DNA of 64,000 nt from Lewinellaceae bacterium (GTDB lineage Bacteria > Bacteroidota > Bacteroidia > Chitinophagales > Saprospiraceae): NCBI GenBank assembly GCA_040383605.1, contig JBEIDF010000002.1, positions 6,769-70,768 on the forward strand, in the 5' to 3' direction. Shown here in pieces: positions 6,894 to 15,229 of the stretch. The notes beneath the pieces are model-generated. The model searched no databases. It saw only the letters and a list, made by a program, of their open reading frames with translations, and had not been told where the DNA came from. The position numbers and the translations under genes are program-made. Position 1 is the stretch's first letter, and every line of letters starts with the position of its first letter.

Positions 6894-9785
6894 TTAGTGG
6901 ATAATGAGTTTGCCCGCGCCAACGCGGCCGTCTGCGTTTTGCAGGCGGTAGAAATACAATCCGGGGCCGAGTCTGCCTTTTTCAAACAGCAACTGCTCGC
7001 CCCGGAAATTTTCCCGGCGCAGCAATGTGCCCCGGGCGTCAAACAGTAAAAAATCCTTTTCCGCATCGGAAACAGCGCCTTCCACGCGCAGCCAGGCGCT
7101 TTCGCTGACCGGGTGCGGTTGTACAGACAAGCGGAGCGCGCCGGCTTTCTCCGGATCATCCGGCACGGCGCTCACGAGCGGCACGCCGAGCGTGTGGAAC
7201 CAGGTGTTGGTAATAATCGGCTCATTAAAATCAAAATAGATGGCGGCGCTGTTCTCAATCTTTGTCCCCAGCGGTAAATCGGCGCGGGGATACACGGAGA
7301 AATTGACGTACCCGTGCGAGGCCGGCTCGTTGGTCGTGCTGTCGGGCAGGAGGATATTCCGGAAAGTGAATACGGCCACGCCGCCGAGGGTGAGCTCGTA
7401 CGCGTAGGGGTGACTGGCGGCCCCGGGCCTGAGCGTTTGCAGGTCGAACACGTCGGACAAGGTGTCCCGTATGATGACCAGGAAAGCCGTGTCATTGCCG
7501 GTATTTTGGAAGCGGACGCGGTATTCAATTTCGCGGCCGGGTTCCAGGTAATGATCGTCTTGCCAGCCTAGCGGGAAGCCCATTTTGTCGTTGGGGTCGA
7601 AAGAGCCGACCACTTCGTCGCAGAAAATATCCACGGCGGGCGCTTCATCGTCGGCGGGGAGCAGCAGGTGCAGACTTTGTCCGCTGCCGCCGTTGCACTG
7701 ATCCACGGCTGCGGAGGGCCGGCCGGGGGCGGGGTGGCCCGCCGTCTGCTCGGTCTGTATATAATAGGAGTAGCCGTCGGTATTGTCGAGGGTGAGGACG
7801 GTATCCTCCGAAGCGGCGAGCTGCAGGCTGCCCTGGGCAAACATGATCTGATCTTCAATAATGACGTACTCTACCGCGGAGGCCATATCGCCGGCGCCCT
7901 GGTTCCGGACGGTAAATTGCACCGTCCCGCCATTGCAGGCGGCGGTGATGCCGAGGTCGGAGCCGTCCCAGCCGGGCGCTTCAAGGTTACACAGGGTGTC
8001 GGGGAAAATGCGGGCTTCCGCACAGATGCTTTGGCCGTTTTGGGCCTGGCAACTCAGGTAAAATCGGATACTGAATGTGCCGCATTCGCCCGGCGGCACA
8101 TCGCCCACGTCGAAGCGCAGGGTGTCTCCGATCCCGCCCGCGAGCGGGATGGAGCTGAACTCATACGATTGCAACGGGTCGGGTATAACCAGCACGTAGG
8201 CGTCTTCCGCCGTTTTCGTGCCGTAGTTGCAATAGTGCACGTTGTAATAGCTGCTGGTGCAGCGCCGGATCAGCCCGGCGCTGAGTTGCACCTCCATAAA
8301 GGGGCAGTCGAGGATCACCCCGGCGCCGATATCCGGGGCATTATAGGCCTGGTTGATGCCGGCAATCTGGACGGCCGGCGTGTCGCAGATCGTCCAGAAA
8401 TAAAGCGGGCTGCCTACCGGCCGGGCGAACACCTGAAAGATTCCCTCCGATACCGCCATGCTCCATTGGCCGTCCGGCCCGGCGGTTTGGTAGTACGATT
8501 CGCCAAATTGATTGCGGGCTTCCACCACGAAGTTCAGGGCGGTGTTTTCTGAGGTATCGTACAGGCAGTCGTTGTTTTCGTCCAGGAAAATGCGGCCGCT
8601 GAGTTGGTTAAAAAAGTTGAGGTAATTGCCGTTTGCGTCTATTTTCATCAGGGTTGCCTGGCCGGGAACTTCCGTTTCGCCGGCGATAACAAAGTAGCCG
8701 TCGGGCGTGAGCGCCACAGCGTAGGGGATGTCGGAGACATTGCTGATTTTCGTCCAGAGCAGGGCGCCGGCCGGGTCGTATTTCGTGAGGGCGACCCGGG
8801 CGGAGTCGTATGCGGCTACAAAGGTATTGCCGCCGGCGTCTCCGGTGAAGCAGTTGATCAAGGATTGGTAGCCGCCGGGTGGTTCCTGTGTGAGCACGGC
8901 GCCGTCGCGGTACCAAATTTCATTGCCGCTGCCGTCGGTTTTGAGGATCGTTTGGCGGGCGGGATTGATTTGGTATGTTTCGCCGATAATCGTCAGTTCG
9001 CCGTTGGGGGTAGCCAGCAGGTCTTTGGCGTTTTGGTATCCCGGTTTGTCGTACCACTGCTTCCAGATCAGATCGCCCTGGCTGTTGGTGCGGATGAGGA
9101 AGTAGTCGCTTTCCGTTTGTCCGAGCGGCCGCCGTTCGCCGGCGGCTACCAGGTCGCCGTTGGGCAGTTGGACGAGCCGGGAGACAATCTCGTTAGCGCC
9201 TGCGAAACCCAGGGTGGCGGTCCAGAGTGGGGCGCCGTTGGCGTCCAGTTTGACAAATAATGCTTCCTGCTCTACCGCGGGCGTTTGGATGCGCGTATCG
9301 CCCACGAGCGCGAAGCCGCCGTCGGGCGTAGCGACCAGATCCCGGAATTTATTATTCAGGTTGGGATTGTTTAGCACGGTTTCCCATTGCAGCGCGCCGG
9401 CGGCGTTGAATTTCAGCAGCAGGTTTTTGAGCTGGCCGCCCTCGGGATACGACTCCGCCAGGACGGCGAAGCCGCCGTCGGTCGTCAGGCACAGCGCCCG
9501 CCCGTGCGCGCCGCCGCGATCCAGGTGGTTGGCCCAGACGAGATACCCCGCCGCATCCACCTGTTGCAGGAAAATCCGCCCGTCTGCGCGGATTCCGCCC
9601 GTCAGGATCAGATCGCCGTTCGGCTTCTGTGCCATATCCCGACAATAACTGCCCGGAATGTTAAAAATCCTGCGAAAACCCTGCCCGCGCGCCGGGCTTG
9701 CCAGTACGGCCAAAATGAAAAGACCTGCTACGAGGCGAAATGCGAATAATTTGTTCATGCGATTTGGATTGAAAATAAGCGCCAC
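6894..9785 (-). CDS. Large secreted protein with N-terminal repeated beta-propeller-like units and a T9SS type-A C-terminal sorting domain
   Basis: It has a signal peptide (LFILAVLASPARGQ). About seven repeats of the (D/N)G(G/D)(F/L)xhxG(E/D)T type follow, then an SFDPNDK motif region. The C-terminus reads LSVQPHPVSESAWLRV...GLYFYRLQNADG. Confidence 0.75.
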   Translation of the reverse strand: MALIFNPNRMNKLFAFRLVAGLFILAVLASPARGQGFRRIFNIPGSYCRDMAQKPNGDLILTGGIRADGRIFLQQVDAAGYLVWANHLDRGGAHGRALCLTTDGGFAVLAESYPEGGQLKNLLLKFNAAGALQWETVLNNPNLNNKFRDLVATPDGGFALVGDTRIQTPAVEQEALFVKLDANGAPLWTATLGFAGANEIVSRLVQLPNGDLVAAGERRPLGQTESDYFLIRTNSQGDLIWKQWYDKPGYQNAKDLLATPNGELTIIGETYQINPARQTILKTDGSGNEIWYRDGAVLTQEPPGGYQSLINCFTGDAGGNTFVAAYDSARVALTKYDPAGALLWTKISNVSDIPYAVALTPDGYFVIAGETEVPGQATLMKIDANGNYLNFFNQLSGRIFLDENNDCLYDTSENTALNFVVEARNQFGESYYQTAGPDGQWSMAVSEGIFQVFARPVGSPLYFWTICDTPAVQIAGINQAYNAPDIGAGVILDCPFMEVQLSAGLIRRCTSSYYNVHYCNYGTKTAEDAYVLVIPDPLQSYEFSSIPLAGGIGDTLRFDVGDVPPGECGTFSIRFYLSCQAQNGQSICAEARIFPDTLCNLEAPGWDGSDLGITAACNGGTVQFTVRNQGAGDMASAVEYVIIEDQIMFAQGSLQLAASEDTVLTLDNTDGYSYYIQTEQTAGHPAPGRPSAAVDQCNGGSGQSLHLLLPADDEAPAVDIFCDEVVGSFDPNDKMGFPLGWQDDHYLEPGREIEYRVRFQNTGNDTAFLVIIRDTLSDVFDLQTLRPGAASHPYAYELTLGGVAVFTFRNILLPDSTTNEPASHGYVNFSVYPRADLPLGTKIENSAAIYFDFNEPIITNTWFHTLGVPLVSAVPDDPEKAGALRLSVQPHPVSESAWLRVEGAVSDAEKDFLLFDARGTLLRRENFRGEQLLFEKGRLGPGLYFYRLQNADGRVGAGKLIIH

Positions 9786-9859
9786 TTTTGACGGTACAAA
9801 AGTGCAGCTGGAGGCGGGCTTCTAAAAAGACATTTTTTATGATTTTTCATATCTTAAAA

Positions 9860-9884
9860 AATTTAATTAAAAAATAATTAAATT
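9860..9884. promoter_or_regulatory. Perfect 10-bp inverted repeat AATTTAATTA-N5-TAATTAAATT in an AT-rich divergent intergenic region (candidate operator)
   Basis: The repeat was read directly from the sequence. It sits between divergent genes whose start codons are at 9785 (-) and 9956 (+). Confidence 0.35.
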
Positions 9885-9955
9885 GATAGTCAACATTTTA
9901 AAATAAAAATTTGTTGTTTTTTTCAATTATTATTTTTTTTAAAAAACATCGTTCT

Positions 9956-11347
9956 ATGGCGGCACAAGCCGTTTTGACCATCCTGCACGCCATGTCCGGC
10001 CCTGAATTGCGGGCTTTGGACAAATATATGGCTTCGCCCTATCACGTGCAGCACGAGGCTGTGCGCGCGTTGTACGGTTACCTGCGCGCGCGGCTCCGGA
10101 AAGACGAGGCGCCGACCGATCCCGGGGCATGGCAGGTGGAATTGGGTATTCCGCAGCCCAAGGCGGCCCATATTCAGAGTTATCTGCTGGAGGCGGTGGA
10201 AGATTTTCTGGCGCTGGCGCAGTGGCAGGAGCGGCCGGCGGAGCGGCATCTGCTGACCCTCGAGCGGCTGCGGAGCCTGCAGCTTCACGAAGAGAGCGCG
10301 AAAATGTTGCGATACGCCCGCAAGCGGCTGGAAGCGGCGCCGGGCCGCGGCAGCGCGTACCTCCGACTTCAATACCAATTGCACCTGGAGGATTACGCCC
10401 TGTCCGCGCAGCAAGGCCGCGCCAAAGCCTTCAACCTGCAGGAATTGTCCGACGCCCAGGATGCGGCCTTCATCTGCGAAAAACTCCGAACCGGCTGTAT
10501 GGCGCTCAGCCACCAGGCCGTGCGCCGGCAGCCATATCATCCCGGGTTGTTGGCGCCCGTGCTGGATTTTTTGCAAGACCATCCCTTTTTGCAGCTGCCG
10601 GCCATTGCCGCGTACTACCACGGATACTTTGCCTTGCAGGGCGGCGAATCCAGCGCCGCCCATTTTGACGATTTGAAGAACCTGCTCGCTGACCGCCCGG
10701 AGCGCTGGTCGCCCGCCGAATTGAACGACCTATACCGCATGGCCGTCAACTTCTGTATCCGGCGGATCAACCAGGGCGAAGAGGCGTATTATCGCGCTAT
10801 TTTCGAACTGTACCAGTCCGGACTGGCCGCCGGCGCGCTGCTCGATAATGGCCGGCTCTCGCGCTGGACGTACAACAACGTGGCCCTCACCGCCCTGTCG
10901 CTCCGGGAGTTCGACTGGACCTGGCGTTTTTTGCACGATTATGCTCCCAGCCTGCCGGAAGATCACCGCGAGGCGGCCCTGCATTTCAACCTGGCGCGCT
11001 ATTTTTTTGAAAAAGAAGATTTCCAGTCTGCCATGCGCCACCTGCTTCGGATGGAATACGACGACGTGCTGCAAAACCTGGCGGCCAAAGTGATGCTTTG
11101 TAAAATCTACTACCTGCTCGACGAATCAGATGCCCTGGAGAACCAACTCGACAGCATCCAGGCGTACATCCGGCGCAAAAAAGTGCTGGGTTATCACAAG
11201 GACAACTACCAGGCCATCGTCCGTTTTATGCGCCGGCTGGTCACCCTGAACCCCAATGACCCCGCACAAAAACACGCGCTCCGCCAACAAATTGCCGCCG
11301 CCGCTGTTCTCACGGAACGTGAATGGCTGATAAAACAAACAAAATAA
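9956..11347 (+). CDS. Hypothetical all-helical (TPR-like) protein
   Basis: This is a long ORF with coding-like composition. The start is placed at the ATG at 9956 (MAAQAVL...), after the AT-rich stretch. I recognised no catalytic motif. Confidence 0.6.
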   Translation: MAAQAVLTILHAMSGPELRALDKYMASPYHVQHEAVRALYGYLRARLRKDEAPTDPGAWQVELGIPQPKAAHIQSYLLEAVEDFLALAQWQERPAERHLLTLERLRSLQLHEESAKMLRYARKRLEAAPGRGSAYLRLQYQLHLEDYALSAQQGRAKAFNLQELSDAQDAAFICEKLRTGCMALSHQAVRRQPYHPGLLAPVLDFLQDHPFLQLPAIAAYYHGYFALQGGESSAAHFDDLKNLLADRPERWSPAELNDLYRMAVNFCIRRINQGEEAYYRAIFELYQSGLAAGALLDNGRLSRWTYNNVALTALSLREFDWTWRFLHDYAPSLPEDHREAALHFNLARYFFEKEDFQSAMRHLLRMEYDDVLQNLAAKVMLCKIYYLLDESDALENQLDSIQAYIRRKKVLGYHKDNYQAIVRFMRRLVTLNPNDPAQKHALRQQIAAAAVLTEREWLIKQTK

Positions 11348-11350
11348 ATT

Positions 11351-11460
11351 GGAGAATTGGGATTGGGGATTGCGGATTTATTGGATTGCGGGTTTGTTCT
11401 TTCAATCTTTCGGGTACAATCCGCAATCCGAATTCCGCAATCTGAAATCCGAAATTTTTT
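11351..11460. repeat. Inverted pair of (GATTGSG)n heptamer arrays forming a long imperfect hairpin that ends in a T-run (terminator-like)
   Basis: The G-arm is gaattgggattggggattgcggatttattggattgcggg and the C-arm is acaatccgcaatccgaattccgcaatctgaaatccgaaat, followed by tttttt. The element starts 4 nt after the stop at 11347. Confidence 0.7.
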
Positions 11461-11464
11461 TAAC

Positions 11465-11923
11465 ATGATAAATAAAACAGCGCCCGACTTCACCCTTCGT
11501 GCCAGCGACAAATCGCAGGTGCAACTCAAAGACTACCGCGGAAAGAACGTGGTGCTCCTTTTTTTCCCCTTCGCATTTAGCGGGGTATGTACCAAAGAAA
11601 TGTGCTACCTTCGCGACAGCTTGAGCGAGTACGAAGCGCTGGATGCACAGGTGCTGGCCGTGTCTGTGGACAGTTTATATGCATTAAATGCTTGGAACCT
11701 GGAACAAAAATTCACCTTTCCGTTGTTATCTGATTTCAACAAAACCGTTTCAAAAAAATACGGCGTCCTGTACAAGGAATTTGTATATGAAATGAAAGGC
11801 GTTGCCAAACGCTCGGCTTTTGTGATAGATAAAGAAGGCGTCATCCGCTATGCAGAAGTGCTCGAAAGCGCAGGTGATTTGCCGAACTTTGAAAAAATTA
11901 AACAAACACTGACCGGCCTGTAA
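11465..11923 (+). CDS. Peroxiredoxin (AhpC/TSA/redoxin family)
   Basis: The sequence APDFTL...YRGKNVVLLFFPFAFSGVCTKE contains the peroxidatic Cys motif. The start is moved to the ATG at 11465, because the upstream part of the ORF covers the heptamer repeat. Confidence 0.9.
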   Translation: MINKTAPDFTLRASDKSQVQLKDYRGKNVVLLFFPFAFSGVCTKEMCYLRDSLSEYEALDAQVLAVSVDSLYALNAWNLEQKFTFPLLSDFNKTVSKKYGVLYKEFVYEMKGVAKRSAFVIDKEGVIRYAEVLESAGDLPNFEKIKQTLTGL

Positions 11924-11933
11924 AAAAAGCGCC

Positions 11934-12230
11934 ATGCCACTCAAACCACAATGGGATGAAGAAGTGGATGTCCTGGTGGAAGACGACACCCTTTCAGACA
12001 CCCCGTCCCGCATTATTGTATTCAACGATGACCACAACTCCTTCGAGTGGGTCATTCAATGTTTTATGGAAATTTTGCAGCACTCCTCCGAACAGGCGGA
12101 GCAGCTCTCGCTTATTATCCATTTCAAAGGCAAGGCAACGGTAAAAACCGGCCCGAAGGACGAATTGCGCCCGCAGTACGAAGCGCTGCTCGATCGGGGC
12201 CTCTCGGCCGTGATGGATGATGCAGACTAA
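11934..12230 (+). CDS. clpS: ATP-dependent Clp protease adaptor ClpS
   Basis: The sequence RIIVFNDDHNSFEWVIQCFMEILQHSSEQAEQLSLIIHFKGKA is the typical ClpS core, and the size is 98 aa. Confidence 0.9.
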   Translation: MPLKPQWDEEVDVLVEDDTLSDTPSRIIVFNDDHNSFEWVIQCFMEILQHSSEQAEQLSLIIHFKGKATVKTGPKDELRPQYEALLDRGLSAVMDDAD

Positions 12231-12231
12231 G

Positions 12232-12562
12232 AGAGCATGTCTAAAATTATCTTTCTTGCTAATATGAAAGTCTTTTTCAGCCAACCTTCGTTCCTTTTTT
12301 CGCCGTAATTAGTCCCATTACGCCTGAAAAAAGCGCCTTGTCTGGCTAAAAAATCCTTTTCTTATTAGAGCATGTCTAAAATTGCATTTCTCGCTAATAT
12401 GAAAGTCTTTTTCAGCCAACCTTCGTTCCTTTTTTCGCCGTAATTAGTCCCATTACGCCTGCAAAAAGCGCCTTGTCTGGCTAAAAAATCCTTTTCATAT
12501 TAGCAGAGAATATAAATTTAGACATGCTCTTAGCAGAGAATATAATTTTAGGCAAGCTCTAA
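12232..12562. repeat. Composite repeat: two tandem 135-bp units followed by two inverted copies of the ~30-nt unit start (nested palindromic elements)
   Basis: Unit 1 (12232-12366) and unit 2 (12367-~12501) are near-identical. Segments 12503-12531 and 12532-12562 are reverse complements of the unit starts (agagcatgtctaaaatt...). The stretch 12367-12531 alone is a ~165-bp palindrome. Confidence 0.85.
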
Positions 12563-12595
12563 GAGCGCGTATCTAAACAAAACCCCAATTTTCCC

Positions 12596-13321
12596 GTGCC
12601 CTTATTCTGGCTTGATCCATCTGAACCGCCCGCTTTTCCGCCCCTCAACAAGGCGGACATCGGCGGTTTGCTGGCAGTCGGCGGTGATATTACGCCGGAC
12701 TGGCTCACGGCGGCGTACCGGCATGGCGCGTTTCCCTGGTTTGAACACGACGAAGAGTTTTACTGGTATTCGCCCGATCCGCGTTGCGTGCTGTTCCCGG
12801 AGGAATTGCGGGTGCATAAAAGCATGCGTTCGATTTTTAACCAGCATAAATTTCGCTACACGCTGGACACCTGTTTCGAGGAAGTCATGCTGGCCTGCGC
12901 GAATCGCGCGCGCGAGGGCCATCCGGGAACCTGGATTACCCCGCGCTTTGTCGAGGGCTACACTGAAATGTATCGCCTGGGAATCGGGCACTCCGTGGAG
13001 GTCTGGCAAGATGAGGAATTGGTAGGCGGCTTGTACGGCCTGGCGTTCGGACGGATATTTTGCGGCGAAAGCATGTTCGCACGAACAACCAATGCCTCGA
13101 AAGCCGGCTTTATCGTGCTGGTGCGCGCCCTGCAAAAACAAGGCTTTACCCTCATTGACTGCCAGCAGGAAACGGAACACCTGCTCAGCCTGGGCGCCCG
13201 CAGTATCCCGAGAACGGAATTCGCGGCGTATCTGAACCAAAATCAGTACCAACGCACGCTGGTCGGAAGATGGCGCTTCGACGCGGATTTAAACCTTGAA
13301 GTGCTTGAAATACAACCTTGA
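12596..13321 (+). CDS. aat: Leucyl/phenylalanyl-tRNA--protein transferase
   Basis: The motifs GAFPWF, YWYSPDPRCVL, GTWITP, GHSVEVW, LVGGLYG and GESMF are characteristic of Aat. The gene has a GTG start. Confidence 0.9.
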   Translation: MPLFWLDPSEPPAFPPLNKADIGGLLAVGGDITPDWLTAAYRHGAFPWFEHDEEFYWYSPDPRCVLFPEELRVHKSMRSIFNQHKFRYTLDTCFEEVMLACANRAREGHPGTWITPRFVEGYTEMYRLGIGHSVEVWQDEELVGGLYGLAFGRIFCGESMFARTTNASKAGFIVLVRALQKQGFTLIDCQQETEHLLSLGARSIPRTEFAAYLNQNQYQRTLVGRWRFDADLNLEVLEIQP

Positions 13322-13420
13322 AAATTCGGCGGGTTGGGCGGGCAGGCTTAAAATTTCTTTAAAACAGGCGATTTCTGCCGGATACTCCTTATGTTAGCGT
13401 GGTATAAAAACCCTGACGTT

Positions 13421-15208
13421 ATGAATCGCGTATTTTTCCGGTATCATACCTTCCTGAAAACTGCACTGGGCGCCCTGTTGCTGGCGCCCGTCGCGCGCCT
13501 CCACAATGCCGTCCCCGGCCCCCTGCCGGAACCGGAAATCGTGGCCGCCGCTTTTCCCAAAGACTACTTTGAGCGCCCGGTCGAGGACCAACTCCGCCTG
13601 ACGGGCACCTTCGGCGAATTGCGCGCCAATCACTTCCATTCCGGTGTGGATATCAAAAGTAAAACCGGCAAGTCCGGCCAGCCGGTGCTGTCAGCGGCGG
13701 AAGGCCATGTCGCAACCATCAAGGTACAAGCCGACGGCTATGGTAATGTGCTGTATATCAAGCACCCCAACGGCTATACCACCGTGTATGCCCACCTCGA
13801 CCGCTTTGCCCCGGCAATTCAAAAGTACGTGCGGGAAGAACAATACAAACGCGCGCGCTTCGAAGTCACGCTCTCGCCGCCCGCCGCTATGTTCCCGGTA
13901 AAACGCGGACAGGAAATCGGCAAACTCGGCAACTCAGGCAGTTCCACCGGCCCGCACCTGCACTTCGAAATCCGAAATACCGCAACCCAAAAGGTACTGA
14001 ACCCGGAATTATTCGGCCTGCCGGTCGCCGACCGCACCCCGCCCGAAATCCGGGATATGAAAATTTATTTCCTCAATGATTACCGCGAAGCACTCTTCGA
14101 AAAAGCCCTGCCAGTCGAAAAACGCCCCGATGGAACCTACCACCTGAAGGGCGGCGACACGCTGCTCGTCAGCTACGACCGGGTCGGGTTCGCCGTGAAA
14201 GCCTACGATCGAATGGATTATCTGCGGAATGACAACGGTATTTATGGAATTACCCTCGATGCAGACGCGGAAAGGGTGTTTGACTGGCGCATGGACGACC
14301 TGGATTTTGACGAAACGCGCTATATGAACGCGCATGCCGACTACAGCGCAAAGCAACGCTTCGGCGCCTGGTTTCACCGCTGCTTTATCCTGCCCGGAAA
14401 CCGCCTCTCCAATTACCGCCGAACGCCCACGCTGGGCGCCGTCCAACTCTACCCAAACCGATTGGTCAAAATGACGCTCAAAGCGGTGGACGCCAACGGC
14501 AATACCGCTTCGATTACTTTCTGGGCGCAGCGCACGGTCGCAACGGACATCATTTCGCAACCGGCTTTCGATTACCTGTTGCCCTGGGATGCGGAGAGCC
14601 GCATTGACCTCGATGGCTTAACCCTCGTGCTGCCCAAAGGCGCGCTGTACGAAACGCTGCCGTTTCTCTACCTCCGCCGCCCGGAAAAACCCGCCGGCGC
14701 CTGGTCGCCCGTGCATCAAATCCACCATAAAAATACGCCGATCCACACCGCCTTTCAACTAAAAATCAGCCCAAGTGTGCCAATTCCCGAAAAATTGCGC
14801 CCCAAGGCCCTGATCGCCCGCGTGGGCGGTACCCGCCCCGTCAGTTACGGCGGCAGCTGGCAGGAAGGGCAGCTGGTTACCCGCACGCGGGAATTCGGAG
14901 ATTTCTGCATGCTGGTTGATACGATCCCGCCGGCAATCGTGCCGGTGACCTTCGAACGGGATATGCGCAAGCGCAACGCTATGTCATTCCGGATCCGCGA
15001 CAACTTTGGCGCCGCCGGCCCGGCCGACGATCCGCGCTACACCGGCACCATAGACGGCCAGTGGGTGCTGTTTGAGTACGACGCCAAACGCAATCGCCTC
15101 ACGCACACGTTCGACAGCCGCACCAAACCGGGCGAGCACACGCTCCGCTTAACCGTGACGGACGATCGCGGGAATATTTCCGTGTATGAAAAGAATTTTT
15201 TGCGATAA
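13421..15208 (+). CDS. M23-family metallopeptidase (secreted)
   Basis: It carries HFHSGVDI, the YAHL motif and GNSGSSTGPHLHFEI, the M23 zinc motifs. A signal-like N-terminus is present from the ATG at 13421; an alternative ATG lies at 13391. Confidence 0.85.
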   Translation: MNRVFFRYHTFLKTALGALLLAPVARLHNAVPGPLPEPEIVAAAFPKDYFERPVEDQLRLTGTFGELRANHFHSGVDIKSKTGKSGQPVLSAAEGHVATIKVQADGYGNVLYIKHPNGYTTVYAHLDRFAPAIQKYVREEQYKRARFEVTLSPPAAMFPVKRGQEIGKLGNSGSSTGPHLHFEIRNTATQKVLNPELFGLPVADRTPPEIRDMKIYFLNDYREALFEKALPVEKRPDGTYHLKGGDTLLVSYDRVGFAVKAYDRMDYLRNDNGIYGITLDADAERVFDWRMDDLDFDETRYMNAHADYSAKQRFGAWFHRCFILPGNRLSNYRRTPTLGAVQLYPNRLVKMTLKAVDANGNTASITFWAQRTVATDIISQPAFDYLLPWDAESRIDLDGLTLVLPKGALYETLPFLYLRRPEKPAGAWSPVHQIHHKNTPIHTAFQLKISPSVPIPEKLRPKALIARVGGTRPVSYGGSWQEGQLVTRTREFGDFCMLVDTIPPAIVPVTFERDMRKRNAMSFRIRDNFGAAGPADDPRYTGTIDGQWVLFEYDAKRNRLTHTFDSRTKPGEHTLRLTVTDDRGNISVYEKNFLR

Positions 15209-15229
15209 AAAAGCGTCGCCGGCCGGTTG

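Noticed and set aside
12232-12562. The tandem repeats between clpS and aat could in principle be a CRISPR array.
   Set aside because: The 135-bp units are contiguous with no unique spacers, there are only two units plus inverted termini, and no cas genes are nearby.
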